A stretch of DNA of 64,000 nt, taken from the NCBI GenBank assembly GCA_963735035.1, contig CAVTJJ010000006.1, positions 192,001 to 256,000 of the forward strand, written 5' to 3'. Both the position numbers and the translations under genes were made by a program. How positions within the stretch are numbered: the first letter of the stretch is position 1; every line of letters begins with the position of its first letter. The notes under the pieces are model-generated. The model was not told the origin of the DNA. It made no database searches and saw only the letters and a program-made list of their open reading frames with translations. Shown piece after piece: positions 21,459 to 30,674 of the stretch. Source of the DNA: an uncultured candidate division Zixibacteria bacterium. Lineage in GTDB: Bacteria > Zixibacteria > MSB-5A5 > GN15 > FEB-12.

Positions 21459-22775
21459 CTACGCCAGCATGAGCGCGTTTTTCTTCGCAACCCCGCTCTT
21501 GTAAATGCGCACGACCTCGGCCACCGGATCGACGGCATTGATCTTTTGTATCCTGCCTATCATGCCAATTGACAGGGTCGCGCCGCGCGGCAGGAGAAAC
21601 ATGCCGTTCTTCGTTCGTATATCGTGAGCCACGACCATGCCCTCTTTCAATTCTCCGGGTTTTACTCCCATGATTTCGGTCACTTCACCCTCGAAGAGCA
21701 GTCGCGCCACGTCCAGATCTATGAATCTCTTGACCATCTCCGGATCGAACTTTGTCCCCGAGTGCTGCACGATATGGGCCGCAGAGCGGTTAAGGGTGGC
21801 CAGATCGGGGTAGCTGTTTACGAACGCTACATGATCAAATTCGTCCAATAGTCGAATGGCCCTCGCCCCCAGAGGAATGGCCGTGCCGTTCAGGCTGTCG
21901 GGGTAGCCCATGCCATCGTAGTCTTCATGGTGATGCCTGATTATGAGGCCGATTTCCTCGAATCCGGAAATGGCGTAGACACAGCTCTGTCCCAGTATAG
22001 GGTGTTGACGGATCAAATCCTGGTCGGCGCTCACAATATCCATGGGAGACTTTTTTGCGACGCGGTCCGGCAGCGCTATCTTGCCGATATCGTGCAGGAA
22101 CGCCGCCACGACTATGTCCTGCGTCTGTTTTTCGTCGAGCGACATGCCACTGATCATCCGTTTGGCCAGACTGGCCACGCGCTGGGAATGACTACCGATC
22201 TCCTGAAAGCGCATTTCGATTATGGTGGAGAACGCTTTGATCGTCTCCATGAAGCTCTGTCTGAGTTCGTCGTTCTGGCCGCGAATTTCCTTGGTTTGTT
22301 CCTGGACCTGCTGATGAAGACTGACATTCAGTTGTTTGAGCTTTTGGTTCTGGACTTCTGTCAGATGTTGCAGGCGACGATTCTCCTGCGTGACGCGGCT
22401 CATATCCAGCGACTCTTTTATGCGGCTCAAGACCGCCTCGTCATCCCACGGTTTCGTCAGGTAGTACTTAACGGCGCCGCTGTTGATAGCCTCGATGGTT
22501 GCAGTGATATCGGCGTAGCCGGTCAGGAGAATGCGGACGCTGTCGGGGCAGATAGCTCGTGATTGGGCCAGAAACTCAACCCCGGCGAGGCGGGGCATCC
22601 GCTGGTCGGAGATGATGATGTCGGCCGGATGCGCTTTCAAGACGTCAAGCGCTTCGAGGCCATCCGCAGCGACTACCAGCTCGACGTCGAGCGGCTTCAG
22701 CAACCGCAATAGGGCCTTGCGAATCAGTTCCTCGTCGTCGACAATAAGAATGGTCTGCTTGGCTTCATTGGCCAT
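21459..22775 (-). CDS. Response regulator with HD-GYP phosphodiesterase domain
   Basis: REC domain; HSQRVA, HDIGK, HHEDYDGMGYP, KFDP. Confidence 0.92.
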   Translation of the reverse strand: MANEAKQTILIVDDEELIRKALLRLLKPLDVELVVAADGLEALDVLKAHPADIIISDQRMPRLAGVEFLAQSRAICPDSVRILLTGYADITATIEAINSGAVKYYLTKPWDDEAVLSRIKESLDMSRVTQENRRLQHLTEVQNQKLKQLNVSLHQQVQEQTKEIRGQNDELRQSFMETIKAFSTIIEMRFQEIGSHSQRVASLAKRMISGMSLDEKQTQDIVVAAFLHDIGKIALPDRVAKKSPMDIVSADQDLIRQHPILGQSCVYAISGFEEIGLIIRHHHEDYDGMGYPDSLNGTAIPLGARAIRLLDEFDHVAFVNSYPDLATLNRSAAHIVQHSGTKFDPEMVKRFIDLDVARLLFEGEVTEIMGVKPGELKEGMVVAHDIRTKNGMFLLPRGATLSIGMIGRIQKINAVDPVAEVVRIYKSGVAKKNALMLA

Positions 22776-23640
22776 GTTCCGCTCCTGCGGTTGCATTGGT
22801 TGCGAGTGTCATCTTTTCGCCGCTTTCCCGATAGCGTTCAACGTTGATGTAGCCCAGGAGCGCCACGGCCCCGGACTGTTTTGTAAGCGGCGTGCATACT
22901 ATTCCCACTCCAGGCTGCTTATTGTAAGCTGAGCTGGCCACCTGGCCGCTCTGAAGGGTCTCTTTCATTACCGCATAAACCTCCGGGTCGAGCACTTCTG
23001 AGGCGTCGCGGCCAAGTTCAATCCCTGACGCGTCCACAAACCGGGCCAGGGTGCCGTTCATATAGACGATAGTATCATCGGAGTCCATGCCGATTACGCC
23101 GACGGGGAGCAGGTCCAGGATACTGTGGGCGATACTGACCGCACGCGACTTCTGCTCAAGATCGCGGGTGCGGCCCTGTACCTTGGTTTCCAGGTCTTCT
23201 GCCAATCTGGTAAGGGCGGAGTTGGTAGATCGGAGTTCCTGCAACAGAGTTTCGTTTTCCCGTTTGAGGAAGGAATGTTCGAATGCCCGCTTTACCGTGG
23301 ACAACAATTCCTGGTCGTTCCACGGCTTGGCCAGGAATTTGTAGATTTCGCCCTGATTGATCGCGTCGACAACCGCCTCGACATCGGCAAAACCGCTCAA
23401 GATCATGCGCACCGTGTCAGGGTACTCTGCCTTCACTTTCGCCAGAAATTCGACCCCATTCATCTCCGGCATCCGGTAGTCGGATATGACCAGATGTACC
23501 GGTTCCTTTGCGAGAAACTCCAGACCTTCCTTCCCGGAATTAGCCAGCAATACCTTGTATTCAGTATCCATGAACAGGCGACGAAGAGATTTCTGGACGT
23601 TAACTTCGTCGTCCACGACGAGTACGGTATAATCACTCAT
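22765..23640 (-). CDS. Response regulator with coiled coil and PAS-like domain
   Basis: VVDDE, SDYRMP, KPWND; LPVGVIG..YMN. Confidence 0.88.
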   Translation of the reverse strand: MSDYTVLVVDDEVNVQKSLRRLFMDTEYKVLLANSGKEGLEFLAKEPVHLVISDYRMPEMNGVEFLAKVKAEYPDTVRMILSGFADVEAVVDAINQGEIYKFLAKPWNDQELLSTVKRAFEHSFLKRENETLLQELRSTNSALTRLAEDLETKVQGRTRDLEQKSRAVSIAHSILDLLPVGVIGMDSDDTIVYMNGTLARFVDASGIELGRDASEVLDPEVYAVMKETLQSGQVASSAYNKQPGVGIVCTPLTKQSGAVALLGYINVERYRESGEKMTLATNATAGAEHGQ

Positions 23641-26600
23641 ATAGTCCCGTCCTTGGCAACACGATCGTGAAGCGGCTGCCGACGCCGACCTCGCTCCACA
23701 CGTCGATGCGGCCGTGATGTTTCTTCACGATATCATAAGCGAGACTTAGCCCAAGCCCCGTTCCTTTGCCGACATCTTTGGTTGTAAAAAAGGCTTCGAA
23801 TATCTTCTTGACGTTCTGGGGGGGGATGCCCACGCCGTTATCCTCGAATGAAACCATGATATTCTCATCGTCGAACCAGGTCTTTACCTTGATGATGCCC
23901 TGGTCGCCCTTAATGGCATGGCTGGCGTTTAACAGAATATTCATAAAGACCTGGTTGAGCTGGTTCGGAATGCACAGCAGATCGGGGATGTCGCCGAAGT
24001 CCTTCTCAACCTTGCAGGTATATTTCAATTCATTCCAGACAATATTCAGGGTGCTGTTGATGCCCTCGTTCAAGTTGGCGAGCTCTTTCTCGGCGCGATC
24101 GACGCGTGAGAAGCTCTTGAGGTCAGCCACTATATTACGCACCCGCGTGGTGCCCTCAAGAGACTCGTTGACCGCGTCGTTGAAGTCGGTCAGCATGTCT
24201 CCAAGCACGACGCAATCGTCACCCGTGATCTCGGCCGGCTTGGCAAGAAGCGACTGAATCTTCTGGATGTACTTGCTCATAGTGTTGAGGTTCGAGGAAA
24301 TAAAGCCGATCGGGTTGTTGATTTCGTGGGCCACGCCCGCTGCGAGCGTACCGATAGCGGCCAGTTTGTCGGCCTGAACCAGCTGTTCGCGCGAGCGGCG
24401 CTGATTCGTGACGTCCTGCAAAAGACCGACCAACCCCGTTACCTGACCCTGTTGATCGTGGATCGGTACCCGTGTGGAAGACACCCAGTGCTCCTCGCCG
24501 TCGGGAAACACGAAGAGCTCCTCAGCAACGGTCTTTTCGTTGTCGGATATCATGGCCGCCTGATCGGCGTAGTGCAATTTCTGGCCAAGTTCCTCGCCAA
24601 ATATGTCCTGAGTTGTGTGTCCGACGATATCCTCTATCGGGCGATCGGCCAGACGGCATAACTCCAGGTTGCCGGTGACGTATTCCTGCTCGCTATTCTT
24701 TACATACATGACCGCCGGTACCGTGTTGATCATGGTGTTGTATCGTGAAGTCGTTAGAGCCAATTGATCCTGAGCCAATCGATGTTCGGTGATATCGCGA
24801 ACGACCGCCTGGACGACCGGTTTGTCGTCAACTATCAACGCGCTAAGAAGTACATCGGCATAGAACTGTTCTCCGGTGTCGATTCTCTTGTGCACCCACT
24901 CGAAATGGTTGCTGCCTTGTTCCATCGCTACGGCGATCCGCTCATTGGAGAGGGCCAATGAACTCGCTCCGCATGGTTGTACTTCAGGGGAGACGTCGGC
25001 GGGGTGCAACGAACAGAGTTCTTCCCGGGTAAAGCATCCGAACATCGCCACGGCGGCTTTGTTGCAATCGATAAAGCCATGCCCGTCTGCCAGCAGTACG
25101 GCATCGCTGGTTGAATCGTAGAGTGTGCGGAACTTCACTTCGGAACGATGCAAAGCTTCTTCAGCCTTGGCCTGCTGAACGACAAACGCCACCGTGGTGC
25201 TCAGGGCGTCCAGAATTGCATCCAGAGCCGGTGAGATGGGGCTCTTCGAGAAAAGAGCGAGAACCCCCATGGTTTCTCCACCCGGGACTCGGAGTTGATA
25301 TCCCGCGAATGAAATCAATCCCAATTCACGCGCCCACTCATGGTTGTGAATACCGGGATCGTGTTGCACATTGTTGGTGAGGAAACGATGGTCCTGTCCC
25401 GAGGCAATCAGACCGATCTTGTAGCATCCGAATGGAACGCGCCGATGACCGGCGCCGTCGGTGTGGGTAAATCTACCGGAACTTGCGCGAAGGTGCAGGC
25501 AGCGGTCACGTTGACGGCAGACATGCGGCCCATTCTTGGCTACGGCATGAACGCAGCCCTGGTCGCACAAGTCGCCGGGTTGGATCAGCCAGATGCGGCA
25601 AAAATCTGCCTCGAGTAACTGCACGACACTTTCTGTGATCTGCTTGATCTTATAGTCCAGTGGGGCCGACGCGAGGAGCGATTGCTGAAGCAGCGTAACA
25701 CCCTGTTGCCAAACCACTATCTTTTCGCGTTCGGTTTCAGCCAGTTTGCGATCGCTGATATCGTGGGAAATGCCAAACAGTCCCTTGGTGTTTCCGTTGG
25801 AATCGCGTACGGTGCCTTTGGTTGAAAGATAAGTGCAACTGCGGCCGGCGCCGTCGGTGCGGGTTTCTTCGAATGTCACGGTCGATCCCCCTTTGATGAT
25901 TTCGAAATCGGCAGCCCTTACGAGCGCAGCATCTTCCAGCGGAAGAAGGGCGTAGTCGTCCTTACCGAGCACGTCGACCGCACTCTTGCCGACGATTCTC
26001 TCGGCCGCGGCGTTAAAGAACAGATACTTGCCCTGAAGATCCTTCACATAGATGGCGTCGGTAGTACTGCTGGCGATACTCTGCATGAGGGCGCGACTTT
26101 CATGAAGCGCCTCTTCGGCCTTTTGTTTCTGGCGGAACAATTCCATGCGACGCCTTTGCCAGGCCAGCGCCGCGACCGTCCCCACGCTCAAGAGGAGAAT
26201 GCCGACAAACCCTAGAATCATGAAGAGGCGTCCCTGTATCGGAGCATAAAGCTCCGAGACATCCATCCCGGCAATAAGCAGCCAGGGCGAATCGGGGACC
26301 ACCCTCACTGCAGCTATTTCTGGTTCGCCCCGGTGGCTCTTTCCTTCGACAATCCCTACTTGACCCAGAATCGCCTTTACGGCCGTCAGTTCCTTGTTTG
26401 AGCCAATGGGGAAGCGCAGGGTAAGGGCTGCATTACCTTCGCATCGTAAATCGTTTAGACACAGGACGTCGTCGCCGTCCCTCCGAATCAGCATGGCCTC
26501 GGCAGTCAGGCTCGATGTGGGCCATTGGCGAATGAATGGATACAGATAGCTTTCAGGGTCAATTCGTAGAGCCAGTACACCCAGCGGAAGTTGGTCGTCT

Positions 26601-27805
26601 GCCTGGTCAAGAATCGGGATCAGCACTGCCAAATGGGTTCTTCGACAGGCATCACAAAAGTAGAAATCTCTTAGCGTGACCTGTCGAGAGCTCAAGGCTG
26701 CCGGGATTGCCTTGCGAATCGCTACCGACGCGGGGGGGCGTCCTGCCGGGACGGACATCAGCGTTATACCTAATGTGTCCATAACTCGAACCTGATCAAA
26801 GTGAAAACCGTCCGGGTAGAGGGATAACCACGACTCAAGTACCTTCTTCACCTCGACGTTTCCCGGGTTTTCCAGAAATCTCTTGGCCAGTATCTGAAAG
26901 GAACTGTTCTTGAACAAGATCGAGGCGTCCTTGAGATAGTCCTGTCGCCAATCAGCCAGTTCTTCCACTTTCATTTCTGCGATAGCCGAAAGTTGACTCT
27001 CCAACTCGGTGCGATAATCGCGCTCGAAGTGGCGTATGTATATATAGCCCGCGGAAACAATACCGGTCGCCAACATGACTGAGGTCATAACAAGGACCAG
27101 TGTGGAACGACGGTCGGTGATTTCCGACCGGTCTTCGCTCGACCATATTCGCAGTCCTGAAGCAATCAGTAGTGATATCGATAGAGTCAAACACCCCAAC
27201 GCTGAGGCCAACGAGGGTGGAATCAAAGTAGTGTCGTACAGTATTGGTTCTCCAAAGACATAGGCTAGAACAAGAGCGATGCTGCTCCAGGCCACGAGAC
27301 CAGCGACTGCAAGTGCAGCGACCGAACGCGGTTGACGACCGGACGATGCTGACAAGAGCGATAGGAAAGAGAAGCCGATTAGAGTAAAGAAGAATGCGGT
27401 AATAGGCGACATGTGGCCGATGGGCACCCCATTAAGGTCCCCGGTAATGTTCATTCCCAAATATTCCGCCGCCGGATGAATGCCCAGCGAGGACAGAATC
27501 AACAGCAGAAGGGACGAAGCTGTTAATATCCAACCGAAAGAGAGGCCTATCAGGTACGCTCGGCGGCTTTGCTGGATTCGGTCGAGAAAGAAAATTGCTA
27601 TTCCGTACAGCAGGATGATCAACGCCCCGCTGGGGGCTATCGGAATTCTGCCCGCCCCAAAGGAAATGAGGAATGGCTTTCCTGCGACCCACGCCAGAAG
27701 TGCTGCCAGTCCGAATCCCGCCGACAAAAGAGCGAATAGCCGCTGTACGACGTACGGAATACCACGGATGACCTGAGGATCATAGTCACTTATGCTTTGC
27801 TTCAC
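23633..27805 (-). CDS. Membrane multi-sensor histidine kinase (TM bundle, Cache-like, PAS x3, GAF)
   Basis: GTG start; AHEINNP, NQVFMN, DNGVG, FFTTK..GTGLGL; Cys/His-rich GAF insert. Confidence 0.92.
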   Translation of the reverse strand: MKQSISDYDPQVIRGIPYVVQRLFALLSAGFGLAALLAWVAGKPFLISFGAGRIPIAPSGALIILLYGIAIFFLDRIQQSRRAYLIGLSFGWILTASSLLLLILSSLGIHPAAEYLGMNITGDLNGVPIGHMSPITAFFFTLIGFSFLSLLSASSGRQPRSVAALAVAGLVAWSSIALVLAYVFGEPILYDTTLIPPSLASALGCLTLSISLLIASGLRIWSSEDRSEITDRRSTLVLVMTSVMLATGIVSAGYIYIRHFERDYRTELESQLSAIAEMKVEELADWRQDYLKDASILFKNSSFQILAKRFLENPGNVEVKKVLESWLSLYPDGFHFDQVRVMDTLGITLMSVPAGRPPASVAIRKAIPAALSSRQVTLRDFYFCDACRRTHLAVLIPILDQADDQLPLGVLALRIDPESYLYPFIRQWPTSSLTAEAMLIRRDGDDVLCLNDLRCEGNAALTLRFPIGSNKELTAVKAILGQVGIVEGKSHRGEPEIAAVRVVPDSPWLLIAGMDVSELYAPIQGRLFMILGFVGILLLSVGTVAALAWQRRRMELFRQKQKAEEALHESRALMQSIASSTTDAIYVKDLQGKYLFFNAAAERIVGKSAVDVLGKDDYALLPLEDAALVRAADFEIIKGGSTVTFEETRTDGAGRSCTYLSTKGTVRDSNGNTKGLFGISHDISDRKLAETEREKIVVWQQGVTLLQQSLLASAPLDYKIKQITESVVQLLEADFCRIWLIQPGDLCDQGCVHAVAKNGPHVCRQRDRCLHLRASSGRFTHTDGAGHRRVPFGCYKIGLIASGQDHRFLTNNVQHDPGIHNHEWARELGLISFAGYQLRVPGGETMGVLALFSKSPISPALDAILDALSTTVAFVVQQAKAEEALHRSEVKFRTLYDSTSDAVLLADGHGFIDCNKAAVAMFGCFTREELCSLHPADVSPEVQPCGASSLALSNERIAVAMEQGSNHFEWVHKRIDTGEQFYADVLLSALIVDDKPVVQAVVRDITEHRLAQDQLALTTSRYNTMINTVPAVMYVKNSEQEYVTGNLELCRLADRPIEDIVGHTTQDIFGEELGQKLHYADQAAMISDNEKTVAEELFVFPDGEEHWVSSTRVPIHDQQGQVTGLVGLLQDVTNQRRSREQLVQADKLAAIGTLAAGVAHEINNPIGFISSNLNTMSKYIQKIQSLLAKPAEITGDDCVVLGDMLTDFNDAVNESLEGTTRVRNIVADLKSFSRVDRAEKELANLNEGINSTLNIVWNELKYTCKVEKDFGDIPDLLCIPNQLNQVFMNILLNASHAIKGDQGIIKVKTWFDDENIMVSFEDNGVGIPPQNVKKIFEAFFTTKDVGKGTGLGLSLAYDIVKKHHGRIDVWSEVGVGSRFTIVLPRTGLYE

Positions 27806-28300
27806 GCTGTCCCCTTCGACCTGTCTACCATATCCGGACGCGGCTTAGCAATGTCAAAATCGCCAAGCTTAGGTTCGCGGCTGCACCCCTGATAAACTTT
27901 GCCTGTGACATATGCCGAATTGCTGCCACCGATCCGTGGTAGACCGACAACAGGAAATCGAGTGATAGATTCTGAGACTGGCATGTCGACTCAAACCCTC
28001 CTTGAAGATTAGCTTCGGTCAGCTCCCTCAGATAAACAAACCGGCAAAACTTGCTCTCATAGAGCAGACCTGGTCGACACCCCGATCCCCTGCGGTGCCT
28101 CCATCCCGAGGGTGGTCCATGTCAGAGACACTCCGACCGACGTACCCCTTCACCATCTATACTAGGAGTCGGCAGGCTATCGCGGTCCCTTTAGGCGACC
28201 ACTCGAGAATGATGAACGCCTATGGTTTCCCGTCTCGGCCCTCAAGATGTTGTCTCAGTGGTCGATACTTCGAATAATAAGATTGGATCACGGCTGCAGA

Positions 28301-28726
28301 ATGTCTGACGAGTATATCAAAACATGCGGTATGTGCGGGCAAGAGTTGTCGGCCGACGATTTCTTGTCTGACCCGGACTTAGTGCCTATCGGTATGATGT
28401 TCATTGAAGACGATATCACCATGGCCTATTACATGTTTCAGCATGAAGCAGCTTCATGCCGCTCCAGCCTGGTCGTTCCGGTTGACGCCTTTCAGCCCTT
28501 TCTGGAGGAACCCCCTCCGGAAGAGATTCTCGCCTTAACCGACTGCTGCGAACGCCATTGCGTTAAACTCAGTGACCTGTCGGCCTGCGGTCAGTCCTGC
28601 TTCTTCGCCCCGTTTCGAAGGTTCTTGCTCCATTTGATCGATAGCAAGAGCCGGGAAGGGAACGGTAGTGCGAGGAAGACCGCTATTGCGGCGGTATCGG
28701 CGTCTGAGTTCCCGACAAACGACTAA
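28301..28726 (+). CDS. Cys-rich hypothetical protein, possibly metal-binding
   Basis: CGMC, H..C, CCERHC, CGQSC. Confidence 0.65.
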   Translation: MSDEYIKTCGMCGQELSADDFLSDPDLVPIGMMFIEDDITMAYYMFQHEAASCRSSLVVPVDAFQPFLEEPPPEEILALTDCCERHCVKLSDLSACGQSCFFAPFRRFLLHLIDSKSREGNGSARKTAIAAVSASEFPTND

Positions 28727-28810
28727 TCACGCGGGCTCGCGGAGTCGACTTCCCAATTTCAGGCCGACCGCCTTAACCCTCCGTGTCTCTTCACGTTTCC
28801 ATTGATTAAA

Positions 28811-28884
28811 TACCCCCGACAGGACTCGAACCTGTTACCCTCTGCTTAGAAGGCAGATGCTCTATCCAGTTGAGCTACGGGGGC
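28811..28884 (-). tRNA. tRNA-Arg (anticodon UCU)
   Basis: Same cloverleaf as 18190-18263 with anticodon loop CTTCTAA. Confidence 0.95.
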
Positions 28885-29091
28885 ATTGATTTCGCCGTGA
28901 TCTGACCGTGACCATCGATCCCTACGGTCAGGATCACAAACTCATTATAGGTTCTAACCCGCACTCAGGGAAAGTTTTTTTTCGACGTGCGCCGGTGGCG
29001 AGAGTCGGGAAAAGCAGTACCCAGAACCGATACCCACCGGTTGCGCTCGCCCGGGGAAGAGCTTATGATACCACCTACGAAGGGAGTTCTT

Positions 29092-29841
29092 ATGCCGCTT
29101 ACGACTATCGAAACGAAAGACGGAATCGCCACCCTGACTCTGACGCGGGGCAAGGTAAACGCCTTCAACGAGAAATTTGTTGACCACCTCCGCGAGACTT
29201 TCAGGCAGCTCGAAAACGCCCCGGACGTCCGGGCGGTGATTCTGACCGGGCAGGGGAGCTTCTTTTCGTTCGGTTTGGACGTGCCTGAACTGCATGGTTA
29301 TTCGCAGGCCGATTTCACCCGCTTCCTGACCAAGTTTACGTCGCTCTATTTGACCATGTTCGAGTTTTCCAAGCCGCTGGTGGCCGCGATCAACGGCCAC
29401 GCGGTGGCCGGTGGATTCATGATCGCCACCCCGTGCGATTACCGCGTCATGGTCTCCGGCAAGGCCAAGATCGCACTGAACGAGATTACGTTTGGGTCGG
29501 CGGTCTTTGCCGGATCGCTTGAGATTCTCAAGTGCGTGACAGGTCACCGCAACGCCGAGATCTTCGCGCTGGGGGGGAAGATGTACTCGGCGAAAGAAGC
29601 TCAGAAACTCGGTTTGATCGACGAAGTTGTTGCATCGGAGGCGCTGTTGACTCAGGCGAACGTCTCCGCGAAAGAGTTGAGCGACAACGACGCTGTAGCA
29701 TTCGCCCAGATCAAAAAACTACTGCGCGGGCCGGTGGCGGAGCGGATTAGTCAGATCGAGGCCGCTTCGATTCGTCAGTTTGTCGAGATCTGGTATTCGC
29801 ATTCGACCCGCGAGAAGACGAAGGGGATAGTGATACGATGA
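29092..29841 (+). CDS. Enoyl-CoA hydratase/isomerase family protein
   Basis: FSFGLD, KPLVAAINGHAVAGG, LNE, GLIDEVV. Confidence 0.92.
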   Translation: MPLTTIETKDGIATLTLTRGKVNAFNEKFVDHLRETFRQLENAPDVRAVILTGQGSFFSFGLDVPELHGYSQADFTRFLTKFTSLYLTMFEFSKPLVAAINGHAVAGGFMIATPCDYRVMVSGKAKIALNEITFGSAVFAGSLEILKCVTGHRNAEIFALGGKMYSAKEAQKLGLIDEVVASEALLTQANVSAKELSDNDAVAFAQIKKLLRGPVAERISQIEAASIRQFVEIWYSHSTREKTKGIVIR

Positions 29842-30212
29842 AGCAGGTGTTGCTCGTGTTTATCGGCGGTGGCCTTGGGTCCGCCGCTCGCTATGGTCTC
29901 TCAGGGGCGGTTCATCGGACTTTGGGAAGCCAGTTTCCCTACGGCACAATGACGGTCAACGTGATAGGTTGCTTCCTTATCGGCCTTCTGTTGTCACTGT
30001 CGACCGATCGCTCTGTCATAGGGCCCGACCTTCGGCTGTTTCTCGCTCTGGGGTTCCTGGGTGGATTCACGACCTTTTCAAGTTTCAGCTATGAGACGAT
30101 CCAGCTCTTTCGCGACGGACAGAATTTCAACGCTCTGGCTAACGTTTTTTCAACGACCCTGATTTGTCTGTCGGGAACCTGGATTGGCTCGATAGTCGGC
30201 AAGCAGCTTTAG
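29838..30212 (+). CDS. crcB: Fluoride efflux channel Fluc
   Basis: GGGLGSAARY, PYGTMTVN, GFLGGFTTFSSF. Confidence 0.95.
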   Translation: MKQVLLVFIGGGLGSAARYGLSGAVHRTLGSQFPYGTMTVNVIGCFLIGLLLSLSTDRSVIGPDLRLFLALGFLGGFTTFSSFSYETIQLFRDGQNFNALANVFSTTLICLSGTWIGSIVGKQL

Positions 30213-30236
30213 CGGTTATACGACCGGGAGAATGTT

Positions 30237-30584
30237 ATGAAGATCGAGGGTGAAGGCAAACTGATCCGAGTCTTTATCGGCGAATCGGACAAATTGGGGC
30301 ATCAGGCGCTTTATGAAGTGTTCGTCATGAAGGCGCGTGAGATGGGTATGGCCGGGGCTACGGTCCTGCGGGGGATTGAGGGGTTCGGCGCCCGGAGTCG
30401 GATTCATACGGCCAAGATTTTGCGGCTGTCGGAAGACCTTCCGGTCGTCATTGAACTGGTCGACACGGCGGAGAAGATTGATAGCTTTGTCAAGGTCGCC
30501 GACGAGTTGTTCGAGAAAGCCGGCTGCGGAGGCCTTATCACCGAAGAGCGCGCTGGAATTATCCGCTATACAAAGGGGAAATGA
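30237..30584 (+). CDS. DUF190 PII-like protein
   Basis: IGESDK, AGATVLRGIEGFG, LSEDLPVVIE; usual crcB neighbour. Confidence 0.92.
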   Translation: MKIEGEGKLIRVFIGESDKLGHQALYEVFVMKAREMGMAGATVLRGIEGFGARSRIHTAKILRLSEDLPVVIELVDTAEKIDSFVKVADELFEKAGCGGLITEERAGIIRYTKGK

Positions 30585-30596
30585 CTATCCCTGCAA

Positions 30597-30621
30597 GTCG
30601 AAACCAGGCCGCCGAAGGCGG
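30597..30621 (+). repeat. Direct repeat copy 1 GTCGAAACCAGGCCGCCGAAGGCGG
   Basis: Identical 25 nt at 32204-32228. Confidence 0.9.
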
Positions 30622-30674
30622 ACGGTTTTCGACAGCCCCAATTGCGAATCACCTCCACGGCGGGATGAAATAGT

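Noticed and set aside
18264..28810. Integrase-mobilised island or prophage at tRNA-Arg
   Set aside because: No integrase or phage genes; both tRNAs are complete with their own upstream signals rather than attL/attR fragments
28985..29091. Fluoride riboswitch upstream of the ech-crcB-DUF190 operon
   Set aside because: gcttatgataccacctac loosely resembles the 3' end, but the 5' GGNGATGGNGTTC element is absent
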